Notes: generated by a model from the letters alone, not told the origin. Shown: positions 9,040 through 19,143, counted from the first letter of the stretch. The stretch: DNA of 64,000 bases from an uncultured Clostridia bacterium (GCA_947366545.1 CANBAL010000001.1:122504-186503); one strand, 5' to 3'. A program made the numbers and translations.

Positions 9040-10752
9040 CTACATTTTGTCTGGTACTTCTATAGCAAGAACATTAAGTGCCTGCATAAGTTTTTTCTTA
9101 ACAAGGTGTAATAATGCAACCCAGCCAGCCTTCTTTTGGGCATCTTTTTCATTAACAACATTATAGTTGTTATAAAACCCAGAGAATGCACTCGCAAGGT
9201 CATATACCGCAGAGCAAAGTCCATTTAATGACTTCTCTTGATAACATACCTCATATGCAGAATTAAGTTTTATAATAGCACGCATTATATTGCGTTCCTC
9301 TTCTGTCGTTATATTAATGTTGCCAGCAGGAATATCAATCTTATTTAAAATAGAGTTTATACGCACAACAGTATATTGAATATATGGGCCGGTTTTCCCT
9401 TCAAATGCAAGAAATTTATCGAGGTCAAAAATATAATCCTTAGATACATTATTGATAAGGTCGCCAAATTTCATAGCACCAACGCCGATTTTAAGTGCCA
9501 TATCTTCACCGCCTTCAACACCGTTTGCCTTAAGTTTCTCTCCCGCTTTGGTAGAAAGCATAGAAATGATATCTTCAAGTTTTATAGTGTCACCACTACG
9601 CGTTTTAAAAGGCTTTCCGTCCTTTCCGTTCATGGTTCCATTTACAATATGTACAAGCTGTTGCCCTTCAGGAGAAATACCGCTCATTTTACAAACCCTA
9701 AACACCTGTTTAAAGTGGAGCTGTTGACGACCATCGGTTACATATTCAATGCGATCAACATTTTTATACATCTTGTTTCGCATAAGAATTGTCGCAATAT
9801 CAGTGGTTGCATAAAGTGATGCGCCATTTGATTTTTGAATAAGGCATGGGGGCATAGGCGCATTGTCGCTTTCACTTGCAACCTCTACAACCTTTGCTCC
9901 TTCACTAGACTTTAATAGTCTCCTTTTATCAAGTATTTCGATTGCCTCACCGCAATAATCGTCTGCGGTACTTTCTCCATACCAAAGGTCAAACTGCGCT
10001 CCAAGTTTGGAGTAGTTAGCTGCAATTTCTTTCACAGAAAGTTCGCGTATCACTTGATAAATTTCATAGTATGGGCTTTCTTTACGCTGGATTTTAAGTG
10101 TCCAATCTTCCGCCTTCAACCTAAAGTCTTCTTCCTGCCCCTTTCTAGCACTTGCTTTTGGATAGGCTTCGTTTAAATCGTCAAGGGTAAGAGTTTTGTT
10201 CTTGCCTTTGCCGAAATAGCCGTCAAGTTTTCCATCTTCATAAAGTTGCAGTTCGGTAAGCCCCATTTGAAGTCCCCAGTCACCAAGGTGGACATCACTG
10301 ATAACCTTATCACCCATGAGTTTATATAGCCTTTTCAAACTCTCACCAATGATTGCAGGGCGAAGATGTCCCACATGGAGTGCCTTTGCAACATTTGCCC
10401 CGCCATAGTCAAGTATAATAAACTGAGATTTATTGTGTTTTACAAGTCCACCACGCTCATCTTTTAAATACGCCACGCCAAGTTTAGAAAGTTTTTTATC
10501 GGTAAGTTTTATATTTATAAATGCCTTCATTACAAAAAATTCATAATCTTCCGTCTTTTCAATGTTTGCAACAAGTTCCTCCGCGAGTGCGACAGGATTT
10601 TTTCCTACCCTCTTTGCGAGTGCAAAGCACCCATTGCATTGAAAATCACAAACCTCTGGCAAGGAAGAAAAAGATACCTTAAAATCAGCATCCTCAACCC
10701 CTATCTTTTTGCCTGCAATATTAAGCAACTGTTCTATTTCTTTCTTTATCAT
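9040..10752 (-). CDS. argS: Arginine--tRNA ligase
   Basis: 570 aa counted from MIKKEIEQLL (GGGGAG SD). It has the class I HVGH motif (NVAKALHVGHLR) and an ArgRS-type N-terminal domain and anticodon-binding end. Confidence 0.9.
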   Translation of the reverse strand: MIKKEIEQLLNIAGKKIGVEDADFKVSFSSLPEVCDFQCNGCFALAKRVGKNPVALAEELVANIEKTEDYEFFVMKAFINIKLTDKKLSKLGVAYLKDERGGLVKHNKSQFIILDYGGANVAKALHVGHLRPAIIGESLKRLYKLMGDKVISDVHLGDWGLQMGLTELQLYEDGKLDGYFGKGKNKTLTLDDLNEAYPKASARKGQEEDFRLKAEDWTLKIQRKESPYYEIYQVIRELSVKEIAANYSKLGAQFDLWYGESTADDYCGEAIEILDKRRLLKSSEGAKVVEVASESDNAPMPPCLIQKSNGASLYATTDIATILMRNKMYKNVDRIEYVTDGRQQLHFKQVFRVCKMSGISPEGQQLVHIVNGTMNGKDGKPFKTRSGDTIKLEDIISMLSTKAGEKLKANGVEGGEDMALKIGVGAMKFGDLINNVSKDYIFDLDKFLAFEGKTGPYIQYTVVRINSILNKIDIPAGNINITTEEERNIMRAIIKLNSAYEVCYQEKSLNGLCSAVYDLASAFSGFYNNYNVVNEKDAQKKAGWVALLHLVKKKLMQALNVLAIEVPDKM

Positions 10753-10754
10753 GT

Positions 10755-11402
10755 TTACTCCCCAATTATTTTTTTGTAAACCTCTTGAACACATAAATTT
10801 ATTTTTGAAGCATCAAATTGGTAAATCGCTCCGCCTAATTTTTCAAATGGCAGGAGATTTTTCATACTATCATCAATAAATAGGCTTTTTTGCGGTCTAA
10901 TCCCCCACTTTTTTAATGCAAACTCATAAAAAGCCAATTCCGGTTTTCGTAATCCTACATCACAAGAGAATACGCAATCATCAAATTTATTGTAATTTAT
11001 AATAGAAGACAAAACTTCCACAACTTCTTTGCACATATTTGAAAGTAGGTAAACTTTATACCCTTTTTGTTTCAATTTATCAATTAGCTCTAAAGTTTCA
11101 GAATAAAGAAAATTATATTTTAACTCTAGCGCGCTATTAAAAAATATCTCTGCCAGCTTTTTAGGCTCATCTGCCACTTTTAAAACTTCTTGTAACACTT
11201 CGTCTTTAGTGACAAATCCCTTATCCCATTCCTTAAAACAAGGCATAGGCAAGTATTTAGCGACAAAATCGCAAAGCCCAAGACCTTCATACTTTTTAGA
11301 GTATTTTTTCTTTAAGTCAGAAGGCAGCAACTCACTTAATGGCGGGTTGCTTATACCTCTCAAAACGCCATCCAAGTCAAAAATAACATTCTTTATTTTC
11401 AT
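10755..11402 (-). CDS. HAD-superfamily hydrolase (subfamily IA-like)
   Basis: 215 aa with VIFDLDGVL (motif I), LLSN (motif II) and a FIDDS-type motif near the C-terminus. Confidence 0.75.
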   Translation of the reverse strand: MKIKNVIFDLDGVLRGISNPPLSELLPSDLKKKYSKKYEGLGLCDFVAKYLPMPCFKEWDKGFVTKDEVLQEVLKVADEPKKLAEIFFNSALELKYNFLYSETLELIDKLKQKGYKVYLLSNMCKEVVEVLSSIINYNKFDDCVFSCDVGLRKPELAFYEFALKKWGIRPQKSLFIDDSMKNLLPFEKLGGAIYQFDASKINLCVQEVYKKIIGE

Positions 11403-11405
11403 CCT

Positions 11406-11996
11406 TTACCTCATCAACCTTCTCTCTTCCATTGCTCTTGAAAGTGTAACTTCATCAGCGTATTCAAGATCGCTGCCCATAGATACCCCCTGTGCAAGTC
11501 TTGTAACCTTAACACCAAGCGGATTTAGAAGTCTGGCGATATACATTGCTGTTGCATCCCCCTCAACATCAGGGTTGGTTGCCATAATCACCTCTTCAAC
11601 TCCGTCATTTTTTATCCTTTCAAGTAGTTCGCGAATACGAATATCATCTGGGCCTCTATTTTCAAGTGGGCTTATTGTGCCAAACAGCACATGGTAAACC
11701 CCAGCATAATCCTTAACCTTTTCCATTGAAACAACATCTTTAGGTTCCTTCACAACACAGACAATCTTTCTATTGCGTTTTTCGCAGATATCACAAATCT
11801 CTCTATCAGTGAAATTTCCACAAATCTTACAAAAGCCTATTTTTGTTTTTGCCTCAATTATTGCATTAGAAAAATTCTCTGCCCGCGTTTTACTTCCCTC
11901 TATTATTGAGTAAGCATAACGCTGTGCGGTTTTATACCCAACACTTGGCAGAGTTCTAAATTGTTCAATTAGTTTTTCAATAGTTTCGTTTTGCAT
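11406..11996 (-). CDS. recR: Recombination protein RecR
   Basis: 196 aa with an HhH N-terminus, a C4 zinc finger (CKICGN...CDIC) and a Toprim domain. Conserved dnaX-ybaB-recR order. Confidence 0.93.
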   Translation of the reverse strand: MQNETIEKLIEQFRTLPSVGYKTAQRYAYSIIEGSKTRAENFSNAIIEAKTKIGFCKICGNFTDREICDICEKRNRKIVCVVKEPKDVVSMEKVKDYAGVYHVLFGTISPLENRGPDDIRIRELLERIKNDGVEEVIMATNPDVEGDATAMYIARLLNPLGVKVTRLAQGVSMGSDLEYADEVTLSRAMEERRLMR

Positions 11997-11997
11997 G

Positions 11998-12315
11998 TTA
12001 CATTCCTAGAGAAGGAAGTTTCTCTTTCTCCACCCTTTCTATTTGGCCAATCGCATCGTTAAATGCAGAAACAATAAGGTCTTCTAGCATCTCAACATCA
12101 TCTGGGTCAACAACCTCTTGTTTAATTTTTACTGTCTTCAGCGTCTTATTACCAAGCATTACCACCTCTACCATTCCGCCGCCACTACGCGCTGTAAACT
12201 CGGTTTCATCGATTTCGCGTCTTGTCCTTTGCATATCCTCTTGCATTTTCTGTGCTTGACGCATGAGTGACTGCATATTGCCTCCGCCAAAACCTCCAAA
12301 ATTTCCGTATGCCAT
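11998..12315 (-). CDS. ybaB: Nucleoid-associated protein YbaB/EbfC
   Basis: 105 aa with the typical N-terminus GGGNMQSLMRQAQKMQEDMQ and SGGGMVEV. Confidence 0.9.
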   Translation of the reverse strand: MAYGNFGGFGGGNMQSLMRQAQKMQEDMQRTRREIDETEFTARSGGGMVEVVMLGNKTLKTVKIKQEVVDPDDVEMLEDLIVSAFNDAIGQIERVEKEKLPSLGM

Positions 12316-12331
12316 AATTACCCTCCTTACC

Positions 12332-12658
12332 TTATTTTATTATCAAATATTCGCCTAATAGTTTATTAAGTTTTTCTATGTCTTTCTCTTGTCCGCTCTT
12401 TTCAACCGGTGCATATTCTATTTTTAGGGCTAGGTCTATTCCCTGCCACCTTATTGCATTTTCGATTTCTCTACGCCCCTCTGTAAGAAGGTTGTAAATT
12501 GCCAAATCTTTAAGTTTTACTACAAGTTTCCCGTCTTCAATAGTTACATCGGTAATATCTCCGCATGCCACATGGAGAGCCACCTGCCTATGTTCCTTTA
12601 AGAACAAGACTATCTTTCCCCACACGGTTTTTGGCGTTATATTACCTTTGACCGCCAT
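12332..12658 (-). CDS. ORF in the position of the DnaX (tau) C-terminal domain; in the -1 frame relative to dnaX
   Basis: 108 aa counted from the ATG at 12658. There is no SD. It lies 5 nt after the dnaX stop, and its frame is open back through the A9 run of dnaX. It sits between dnaX and ybaB. Confidence 0.6.
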   Translation of the reverse strand: MAVKGNITPKTVWGKIVLFLKEHRQVALHVACGDITDVTIEDGKLVVKLKDLAIYNLLTEGRREIENAIRWQGIDLALKIEYAPVEKSGQEKDIEKLNKLLGEYLIIK

Positions 12659-12663
12659 CAACT

Positions 12664-13776
12664 TTAGTTTTTTTTTACATCCTCGCTATTTAGCCCCATC
12701 ATTGCTGAAAGCGAAAGCGTTTCAAGCAGCAGTCTTGGGGAGAGTGTGTACCGAAGTTCGTTCTCTGCCCCTGCAAAGATTTGCATAAAAGAAATCAGTT
12801 TCTTTTCATCCACCGCCTTAGCCTGAGCGATAAATCTTTCAAGCACCTCTTGTGGCAGATTTAATAGTTTGTTTGGATCATCACAAGTGGCACAAACAAG
12901 CAAGTTTCTTGCATGCTTTGACAAATCCTTTACAAACACTGACATATTCTTGCCAGTTTTATCAAGTTCGTCAATAAATTCAAGCAGTCCACCAATCTCT
13001 TTATTGAAAGCAAGATCATAAAATTTTAACAAATTGTCATAATCTGTACTTCCAAGTACTTTCAATGCATCCTCTTTGGTGACTTTGCCGCCGCTGTATG
13101 CGCATATTGAATCCGCAATCGAAAGCGTGTCTCTCACACTGCCTTCCCCGCTTGCTGCGATGAGTTTTAATGCCTCATCATCATAACTAATATTTTCACT
13201 ATCTAATATATTGCGGAGTAATTTTGTCAGTAACTCCACGCTTACAAGTCTAAAGTCAAATCTTACGCATCTAGAAAGTATTGTGGCTGGAAGTTTATGC
13301 ACCTCTGTGGTTGCCAAAATGAAAATGACATGTTTTGGTGGTTCCTCAAGTGTTTTTAAAAGTGCATTAAATGCACTGTCTGTAAGCATATGCACTTCGT
13401 CAATTATGTATACCTTATATTTAGCACCTACTGGAAGAAACTTCACCTTTTCGCGTATCTCACGAATATCATCCACCCTATTATTCGATGCAGCATCAAT
13501 TTCAATTACATTGATATCGTTTTCACCTTCCAGTCTTTTGCAGGTATCGCATTGCCCACATGGCGAGCCATTTTGATTGTTTTCACAATTTACTGCTTTT
13601 GCAAGTATTCTTGCAACGCTGGTTTTACCTATTCCACGTGATCCTGTGAAAAGATAGGCATGAGATAAACTGCCACTTGCAATTTGATTTGCAAGTGCTT
13701 TCGTAATATGTTCCTGCCCGATAACCTCTTCAAAGTTTTTTGGTCTATACTTTCTATATAATGCTAAATGTTCCAT
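12664..13776 (-). CDS. dnaX: DNA polymerase III subunit gamma/tau, short (370 aa) form
   Basis: Walker A (GSRGIGKTS), a Zn module (CENNQNGSPCGQCDTC), DEVHML and SRC motifs are present. It ends right after domain III. Confidence 0.92.
   Translation of the reverse strand: MEHLALYRKYRPKNFEEVIGQEHITKALANQIASGSLSHAYLFTGSRGIGKTSVARILAKAVNCENNQNGSPCGQCDTCKRLEGENDINVIEIDAASNNRVDDIREIREKVKFLPVGAKYKVYIIDEVHMLTDSAFNALLKTLEEPPKHVIFILATTEVHKLPATILSRCVRFDFRLVSVELLTKLLRNILDSENISYDDEALKLIAASGEGSVRDTLSIADSICAYSGGKVTKEDALKVLGSTDYDNLLKFYDLAFNKEIGGLLEFIDELDKTGKNMSVFVKDLSKHARNLLVCATCDDPNKLLNLPQEVLERFIAQAKAVDEKKLISFMQIFAGAENELRYTLSPRLLLETLSLSAMMGLNSEDVKKN
12668..12676 (-). other. A9 homopolymer (candidate slippery site) at the dnaX 3' end
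   Basis: The minus strand reads GAGGATGTAAAAAAAAACTAAAGTTGATG. Frame 0 gives GTA AAA AAA AAC TAA. The -1 frame gives AAA AAA AAA CTA AAG TTG ATG GCG, which is the downstream ORF. Confidence 0.6.
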
Positions 13777-13816
13777 ATCTTTATATTACACTTTTATCCT
13801 TTAAATTGCAAACAAA

Positions 13817-14563
13817 TTAAACAAGGCTTATTAAATTTAAAAATCCGCCTTCTTCCAAACTTGCCCCACCGATAAGTGCACCATTAACGCCCTTTGCATG
13901 GGTGATACCATGAATATTCTTGTTTGTCACACTTCCGCCATAAAGGACTGTTATGCTCTTTGCCGCTTTAAGGGAAAAGTCGTCTTCAATAACCTTTCTT
14001 ATCGCCCTTACGCCGTATTCAATTTCCCTTATTGTTGCATTTTTGCCGGTACCTATCGCCCAAATCGGCTCATAAGAAATGGTCACGCGCTCAAGCTCAT
14101 TTTCATAAAGCCCTTTTAGTGCTTCTTCTATCTGAGTTTTCAAAGTCTCTAATGTTTTTAAAGTGTTCTTTTCAGCAAGAGATTCTCCTACGCAAAGAAT
14201 TACTCCAAGCCCATTTTTTAGTGCAACTTTAATTTTTTTGTTTATTTGGTTGTTATTTTCTTTAAATTTTACCCGTCTTTCGCTATGTCCTACTATAACT
14301 GTATCAACTCCACTTTCTCTTAGCATAGCACCGCTAATTTCACCGGTGTAGCTGCCGCACTCCTCTTCATGAAGATTTTGTGCGCCAAGTTTTATCTTCG
14401 TACCATTTAATAACAACTTTCCTAGGTACAAAGAGGTGTATGGCAGACAAAGTGTCAAATCGACATTCTTATCACTATCAAATCTAGAAATCATATTGAT
14501 CAAATATTCTCGTGACCTAGATGGCGTTTGATTCATTTTAATATTTGCTACTATCTTTTTCAT
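13817..14563 (-). CDS. tpiA: Triosephosphate isomerase
   Basis: 248 aa with ANIKMN, VGHSERR, YEPIWAIGTG and GGASL motifs. It overlaps the pgk stop. Confidence 0.93.
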   Translation of the reverse strand: MKKIVANIKMNQTPSRSREYLINMISRFDSDKNVDLTLCLPYTSLYLGKLLLNGTKIKLGAQNLHEEECGSYTGEISGAMLRESGVDTVIVGHSERRVKFKENNNQINKKIKVALKNGLGVILCVGESLAEKNTLKTLETLKTQIEEALKGLYENELERVTISYEPIWAIGTGKNATIREIEYGVRAIRKVIEDDFSLKAAKSITVLYGGSVTNKNIHGITHAKGVNGALIGGASLEEGGFLNLISLV

Positions 14564-15735
14564 CTTATCTTCTCCTGAATAACCTCAAGGCATGGCAAGG
14601 ATCCATCTTCAATAAATTTCAAAGTTGCTCCGCCGCCAGTAGAAAGGAAGTTGACCCCACTCGCGTTCTTGCTTGCTTTGACCGCACTCACGCTGTCTCC
14701 GCCGCCAACAACCGAATACGCCTTACTTACACTAATAGCTTTAGCAATTTTATTTGTGCCCTCTCTGAACTCCTCATCTTCATACTTGCCAAGAGGACCA
14801 TTCCATACTATCTGTCCTGCCTTTGCTATTTCTTCACTAAACAGTTTCACCGTCTTTGGCCCGATATCCATACCAACCATATCTTCAATAAGGTTGTCGG
14901 TTACAAACTTTTTAGTAGAGCCCTTTCTTACTGCAACATGATCGATAGGAAGAAGTACCTTCTTTCCCTTTTGCGCTGCGTAATTAAGCACCTCGCGTGC
15001 AACATCAACACTATCAAGGTAGGTTATAGATTCCCCGACCGCGGTGCCTGTGGCAACAAGGAAGGTATACGCCATTGCACCGCCAATCAAAATGGTATCG
15101 GCTTGGTCAATAAAGCGTCTTAATATCTTGATTTTATATGGCACCTTTGCACCGCCGATAACTGCTACAAAAGGTCTTTTAGGGTTTTCCATGGCTTGAG
15201 TAAGAACATTAACCTCTTTCTCCATAAGTAGTCCTATCGCATTTGGCATAAGCCTTGCTATGCCATATGTAGTTGCATGTTTTCTATGGGAGCAACCGAA
15301 AGCATCGTTGACAAAAACATCACCTATTGATGCAAGGTCGCGAGCAAACTTCATGTCGCAATTTACTTCGCCTTCGTAAAATCTTACATTTTCAAGTAAA
15401 AGCACCTCGCCATTATTCATTGAGTGTAGCCTTTCCTTAACCTCTACCCCTACGGCCTTATTGCTGAAATATACCTTGGTGTTAAGTTTTTGCATGAGTA
15501 TTAAAGAAATTGGCCACAGCGATAATCTAATTTCATAGCCTTGTGGACGCCCCATGTGTGACATAATCACTATTTTTGCACCCTGTTCTATTAAATATTT
15601 AATAGTTGGAATAGCAGCATTCACCCTGTTTAAATCCAAAATCTTACCATTTTTGTCGATTGGCACATTGAAATCTACACGAAGTAGCACTACTTTACCT
15701 TTAAGATTTACCAAATCCTTTACCGTTCTTTTCAT
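14560..15735 (-). CDS. pgk: Phosphoglycerate kinase
   Basis: 391 aa with RVDFNVP, SHMGRP and STGGGA motifs. Confidence 0.95.
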   Translation of the reverse strand: MKRTVKDLVNLKGKVVLLRVDFNVPIDKNGKILDLNRVNAAIPTIKYLIEQGAKIVIMSHMGRPQGYEIRLSLWPISLILMQKLNTKVYFSNKAVGVEVKERLHSMNNGEVLLLENVRFYEGEVNCDMKFARDLASIGDVFVNDAFGCSHRKHATTYGIARLMPNAIGLLMEKEVNVLTQAMENPKRPFVAVIGGAKVPYKIKILRRFIDQADTILIGGAMAYTFLVATGTAVGESITYLDSVDVAREVLNYAAQKGKKVLLPIDHVAVRKGSTKKFVTDNLIEDMVGMDIGPKTVKLFSEEIAKAGQIVWNGPLGKYEDEEFREGTNKIAKAISVSKAYSVVGGGDSVSAVKASKNASGVNFLSTGGGATLKFIEDGSLPCLEVIQEKIR

Positions 15736-15782
15736 GATATCTCCTTAACTAAAGAATACTATATTTAATAAAAATCACAAAA

Positions 15783-16703
15783 CTATTTTAATATATCTTT
15801 CAAGATTTTTAAACTCTCGTCTATACTTGGACTTGTCGCAATTTTTAGGCGCGTCTCACTTGCATAAGGAATATCGCAGGTATACCATAAGAAATGTTTA
15901 CGAAGATACAACACCAAAAATTCTTCACTATAATGTTGACGCAAAATATTCACATGCTTTTCTATAACCGCATAAACATCTTTTGGTTTTTCGCCGCCTT
16001 TAAGAATACGAAAAATCCAAGGCTTGCCTTGCGCGCCACGCCCTATCATCACACCGTCAACGCCGGTGCTTTTCATTCTGTTATAACTTTCCATATCTAC
16101 AACATCGCCGTTGCCTATCACGGGAATATTTACGCTGGCTTTAAGTCTTGCTATTGCATCTAGGTCTGCACTGCCACTATAACCCTGCTCGGTTGTCCTT
16201 GCATGGAGAGTGATAAAGCTTGCACCCGCGTCTTCACACATTCTGCCAAATTCCCGACTGATATCTTTATCATATCCTAGCCTAAACTTTACTGACACTG
16301 GCCTTGACGATGCTCGCACGCACGCTCTTATTATCTCTCCTGCAAGTGGTAAATCTTTCATTAGCGCACTGCCCTCACCATTTTTGACAATTTTTGGTGC
16401 GGGACACCCCATATTGATATCAATTACATCGTAGTGACTTAAAAGCGGATTGTTGACCGCTTTTGCCATTATCACTGGCTCATGTCCAAAAATTTGACCA
16501 ACCTTAAACTTCTCCGCCTCGCTTGTCAAGGTCATAAATTCCGTTTTTTTAGGATTATGAAGCATGGCACGGGCTGAAAGCATTTCGCTCCATGACGCAT
16601 CCGCACCTTCTTCACAAGCAAGTTGTCTAAAACCGATATCACTTACGCCTGCCATAGGGGCAAGGCAAAGTGCTTCATGAAAATCTAAATTCCCTATCTT
16701 CAT
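15783..16703 (-). CDS. dus: tRNA-dihydrouridine synthase
   Basis: 306 aa with LAPMAGVSD, DINMGCP and the FITLHART motif of the Dus family. Confidence 0.88.
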   Translation of the reverse strand: MKIGNLDFHEALCLAPMAGVSDIGFRQLACEEGADASWSEMLSARAMLHNPKKTEFMTLTSEAEKFKVGQIFGHEPVIMAKAVNNPLLSHYDVIDINMGCPAPKIVKNGEGSALMKDLPLAGEIIRACVRASSRPVSVKFRLGYDKDISREFGRMCEDAGASFITLHARTTEQGYSGSADLDAIARLKASVNIPVIGNGDVVDMESYNRMKSTGVDGVMIGRGAQGKPWIFRILKGGEKPKDVYAVIEKHVNILRQHYSEEFLVLYLRKHFLWYTCDIPYASETRLKIATSPSIDESLKILKDILK

Positions 16704-16738
16704 AGGTTTATTTTAGCAAATTTGACACAAAAAATAAA

Positions 16739-17011
16739 CTATTTTACCGCCAGTTTAAAGCTTTCAAAACTTTTGAAGGTGGTCACCTTTTTAGGACGGG
16801 ACATATACACCCGTTTTGTAATAGGATTTACGCATCTTCTTGACTTAGTCTCCACCACCTTAAATTTGCCAAAGTTTCTTAAAGACACTTCTTCTCCCTT
16901 CTTTAACACCTCAATAATTGTATTCCTAAACTCAGTTAACACCTTTTCACATTTGAGTTTAGAAAGTTTTGTCTTTCTTGAAACAAGTTCAACAAGTTCG
17001 CTCTTATTCAT
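16739..17011 (-). CDS. hup: HU/IHF-family DNA-binding protein
   Basis: 90 aa with MNKSELV....., G....L..FGKF.V and R..RNP-like arm residues. Confidence 0.88.
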   Translation of the reverse strand: MNKSELVELVSRKTKLSKLKCEKVLTEFRNTIIEVLKKGEEVSLRNFGKFKVVETKSRRCVNPITKRVYMSRPKKVTTFKSFESFKLAVK

Positions 17012-18566
17012 TCTTCTCCTCCCTTTTTAAATGCTTGCCAAGATATACTGTTATTAAACTTTTTATTATCGGTAGGCATAATAAAATATAGGTTATTCCT
17101 CCTAAAATAACAGAAAGCAAGAGCATAACTATACTTGACAATTCTAGGGTGCGTATAAAAATCCATACAACCATAAACATTACAAGGGAAGCAAGCAGCG
17201 GAGTGAAAAACTCAAAAGCCCCTACCTTTACAAGTCCGCCGAGTTTAATCATTGATAAGATGCAAACAATAAGTGCCAAAACAATGTTTGAAAGTGGCAA
17301 TGCAAATATGTTTACCTCTGGCAAAAACGCGGTAAATATGACAATAAGGACTTTGGCAAGTCCACCTACAAAGGTGACTATAAAAGAATAGGTATAATAA
17401 CCTTTCGCTTGTAAAATTGAAAGCAAAAATTGCATAATGGCAGATAATATTATGCTCACTCCACCTATCATTGTAAGACTAATCGCCTGTGACAAATACC
17501 CTTTAATTGCCGAAGGGTATATTATGGGATAAAGCAATGGAGATACCGCCATAATTCCAAAAACAAGGGGCAACAGAAAAAGCCACAAAAGTGAAAACGA
17601 TGTTGAAATGGTACTTTTTTGCCCCTCCAAGTCACCCTTCCCCGATAGAAAAGAAATTTTAGGCAGTAATGCCATGGCCACCGAAAGAGATATGATTAGT
17701 GGAAAGTTTAATATCGCGCCCACCACACCCGTTTGCAACCCATAAAGTGAAGTGGCAACCTCTGCCCCAATACCTGCGATAGCAAGTCTACCGACAATAA
17801 CAAGGGAATCTATCGCATGTGTCAGCGGCAAAACTCCACCCGCAAGGGAAAGTGGCACAACCGCAGTAAAAAAAGGTTTTATAACAAAAGAAGAATCATA
17901 CTTTGATAATTTCATCTTTGTAAGCATATATAAAATTAGGTAACCACCCGCAAGTATTTCACTTAGCGTTATACCGATAAAAGCACCAAACACACCCATT
18001 CCGCGGCTGCCAAGTAACATCGCAAACAATAAACCAAAGGCAAACTTAATTATCTGCTCAAGTATTTGGCTTATCGCAGTTGGAATCATATTCTCATAAC
18101 CTTGAATCACCCCTCTCATACAGCCTATCAGCGAGCCTAATATTAAAAGTGGAAGAATCAGCCTATAAGAGATATAGTTCGCACCTATCCCCTGCGTAGA
18201 TGCAATACTGCGGGCAAATATAAAAAACACACCGCCTATAACCAAACTTAGTCCTACCGAAAAGTAAAGGGAAATCCTAAGATAGCCGCGTATTTTCCCA
18301 TTTTCTCCCCTTGCACGCGACTGCGAAACAAGTTTGGAAAGCGAGGTTGTCACTCCGCCAGTGGTAAGCACAAGCATAAGAGAGTAGAGCGACATTACCA
18401 TTTGGAAAGCACCAATTCCATCAATTCCTATTATATTAGTAAGAGGCAACCGAAACATGGCACCAAAAAGTTTGCAGATAAACCCACTTACAATAAGTAC
18501 TATTGCACCTCTTCCCACACCATTTTTCATAAGATTAGGGTGCGAAAATAGCATTTTTTTATACAA
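17004..18566 (-). CDS. MOP-superfamily flippase (SpoVB/MurJ-like polysaccharide or lipid II exporter)
   Basis: 520 aa, about 14 predicted TM helices, and an N-terminus (G.......G...K..G...R.PL.NIIG..G.G) typical of this family. Confidence 0.75.
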   Translation of the reverse strand: MYKKMLFSHPNLMKNGVGRGAIVLIVSGFICKLFGAMFRLPLTNIIGIDGIGAFQMVMSLYSLMLVLTTGGVTTSLSKLVSQSRARGENGKIRGYLRISLYFSVGLSLVIGGVFFIFARSIASTQGIGANYISYRLILPLLILGSLIGCMRGVIQGYENMIPTAISQILEQIIKFAFGLLFAMLLGSRGMGVFGAFIGITLSEILAGGYLILYMLTKMKLSKYDSSFVIKPFFTAVVPLSLAGGVLPLTHAIDSLVIVGRLAIAGIGAEVATSLYGLQTGVVGAILNFPLIISLSVAMALLPKISFLSGKGDLEGQKSTISTSFSLLWLFLLPLVFGIMAVSPLLYPIIYPSAIKGYLSQAISLTMIGGVSIILSAIMQFLLSILQAKGYYTYSFIVTFVGGLAKVLIVIFTAFLPEVNIFALPLSNIVLALIVCILSMIKLGGLVKVGAFEFFTPLLASLVMFMVVWIFIRTLELSSIVMLLLSVILGGITYILLCLPIIKSLITVYLGKHLKREEKNE

Positions 18567-18660
18567 ATAGGAAAAAATAGAAATATAAAAATTTTTTAAA
18601 AAAGGTATTTACATTTGCATTTTTTTATGCTATCATATAGCCAATAAGAGGAGTATACTA

Positions 18661-19143
18661 ATGGAAAAAAGATATATTACTGATACAAATCCTTATGAAG
18701 GACAGGGCGGAGAATTCTTCCAGCGTATGAATGATATGCTTGCACTTGTTTATTTTGCTTCTTTTAAACTTAGAAAAACACCAGAAGCTTATGATGCTTT
18801 CTTTGCTAAAAAAGAAAAATTTAAAAGAGCGACTGAAAATACAACCAAAATGCAAGAGGATTTAATTAAAATTAAGGAAATGAAAAATATCAAAAGTCAG
18901 CCTATTTTAAACGAGATTAATGATTTCGTTACAAGAATGACAGATGAAGATAAATATACTGATTTGGTTTCATATTATGCAAGAACAGAAGGGCACCCTT
19001 ATTTCTTAGTAAGTAAATTAATGAATGACATTGCAAACAATAGAGTTGACCAAGAACAAGCAGTGGCTGAATTCAAAGAATTTGCAACAAAACTTGAAAA
19101 TGCCTTTGATCATAGACGTGAAAATAATGATGAAAGTGTATAA
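18661..19143 (+). CDS. Hypothetical protein (160 aa, helical)
   Basis: AGAGGAG SD and a TTTACA-17-TATCAT promoter at about 18611-18639. I recognise no motif. Confidence 0.6.
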   Translation: MEKRYITDTNPYEGQGGEFFQRMNDMLALVYFASFKLRKTPEAYDAFFAKKEKFKRATENTTKMQEDLIKIKEMKNIKSQPILNEINDFVTRMTDEDKYTDLVSYYARTEGHPYFLVSKLMNDIANNRVDQEQAVAEFKEFATKLENAFDHRRENNDESV

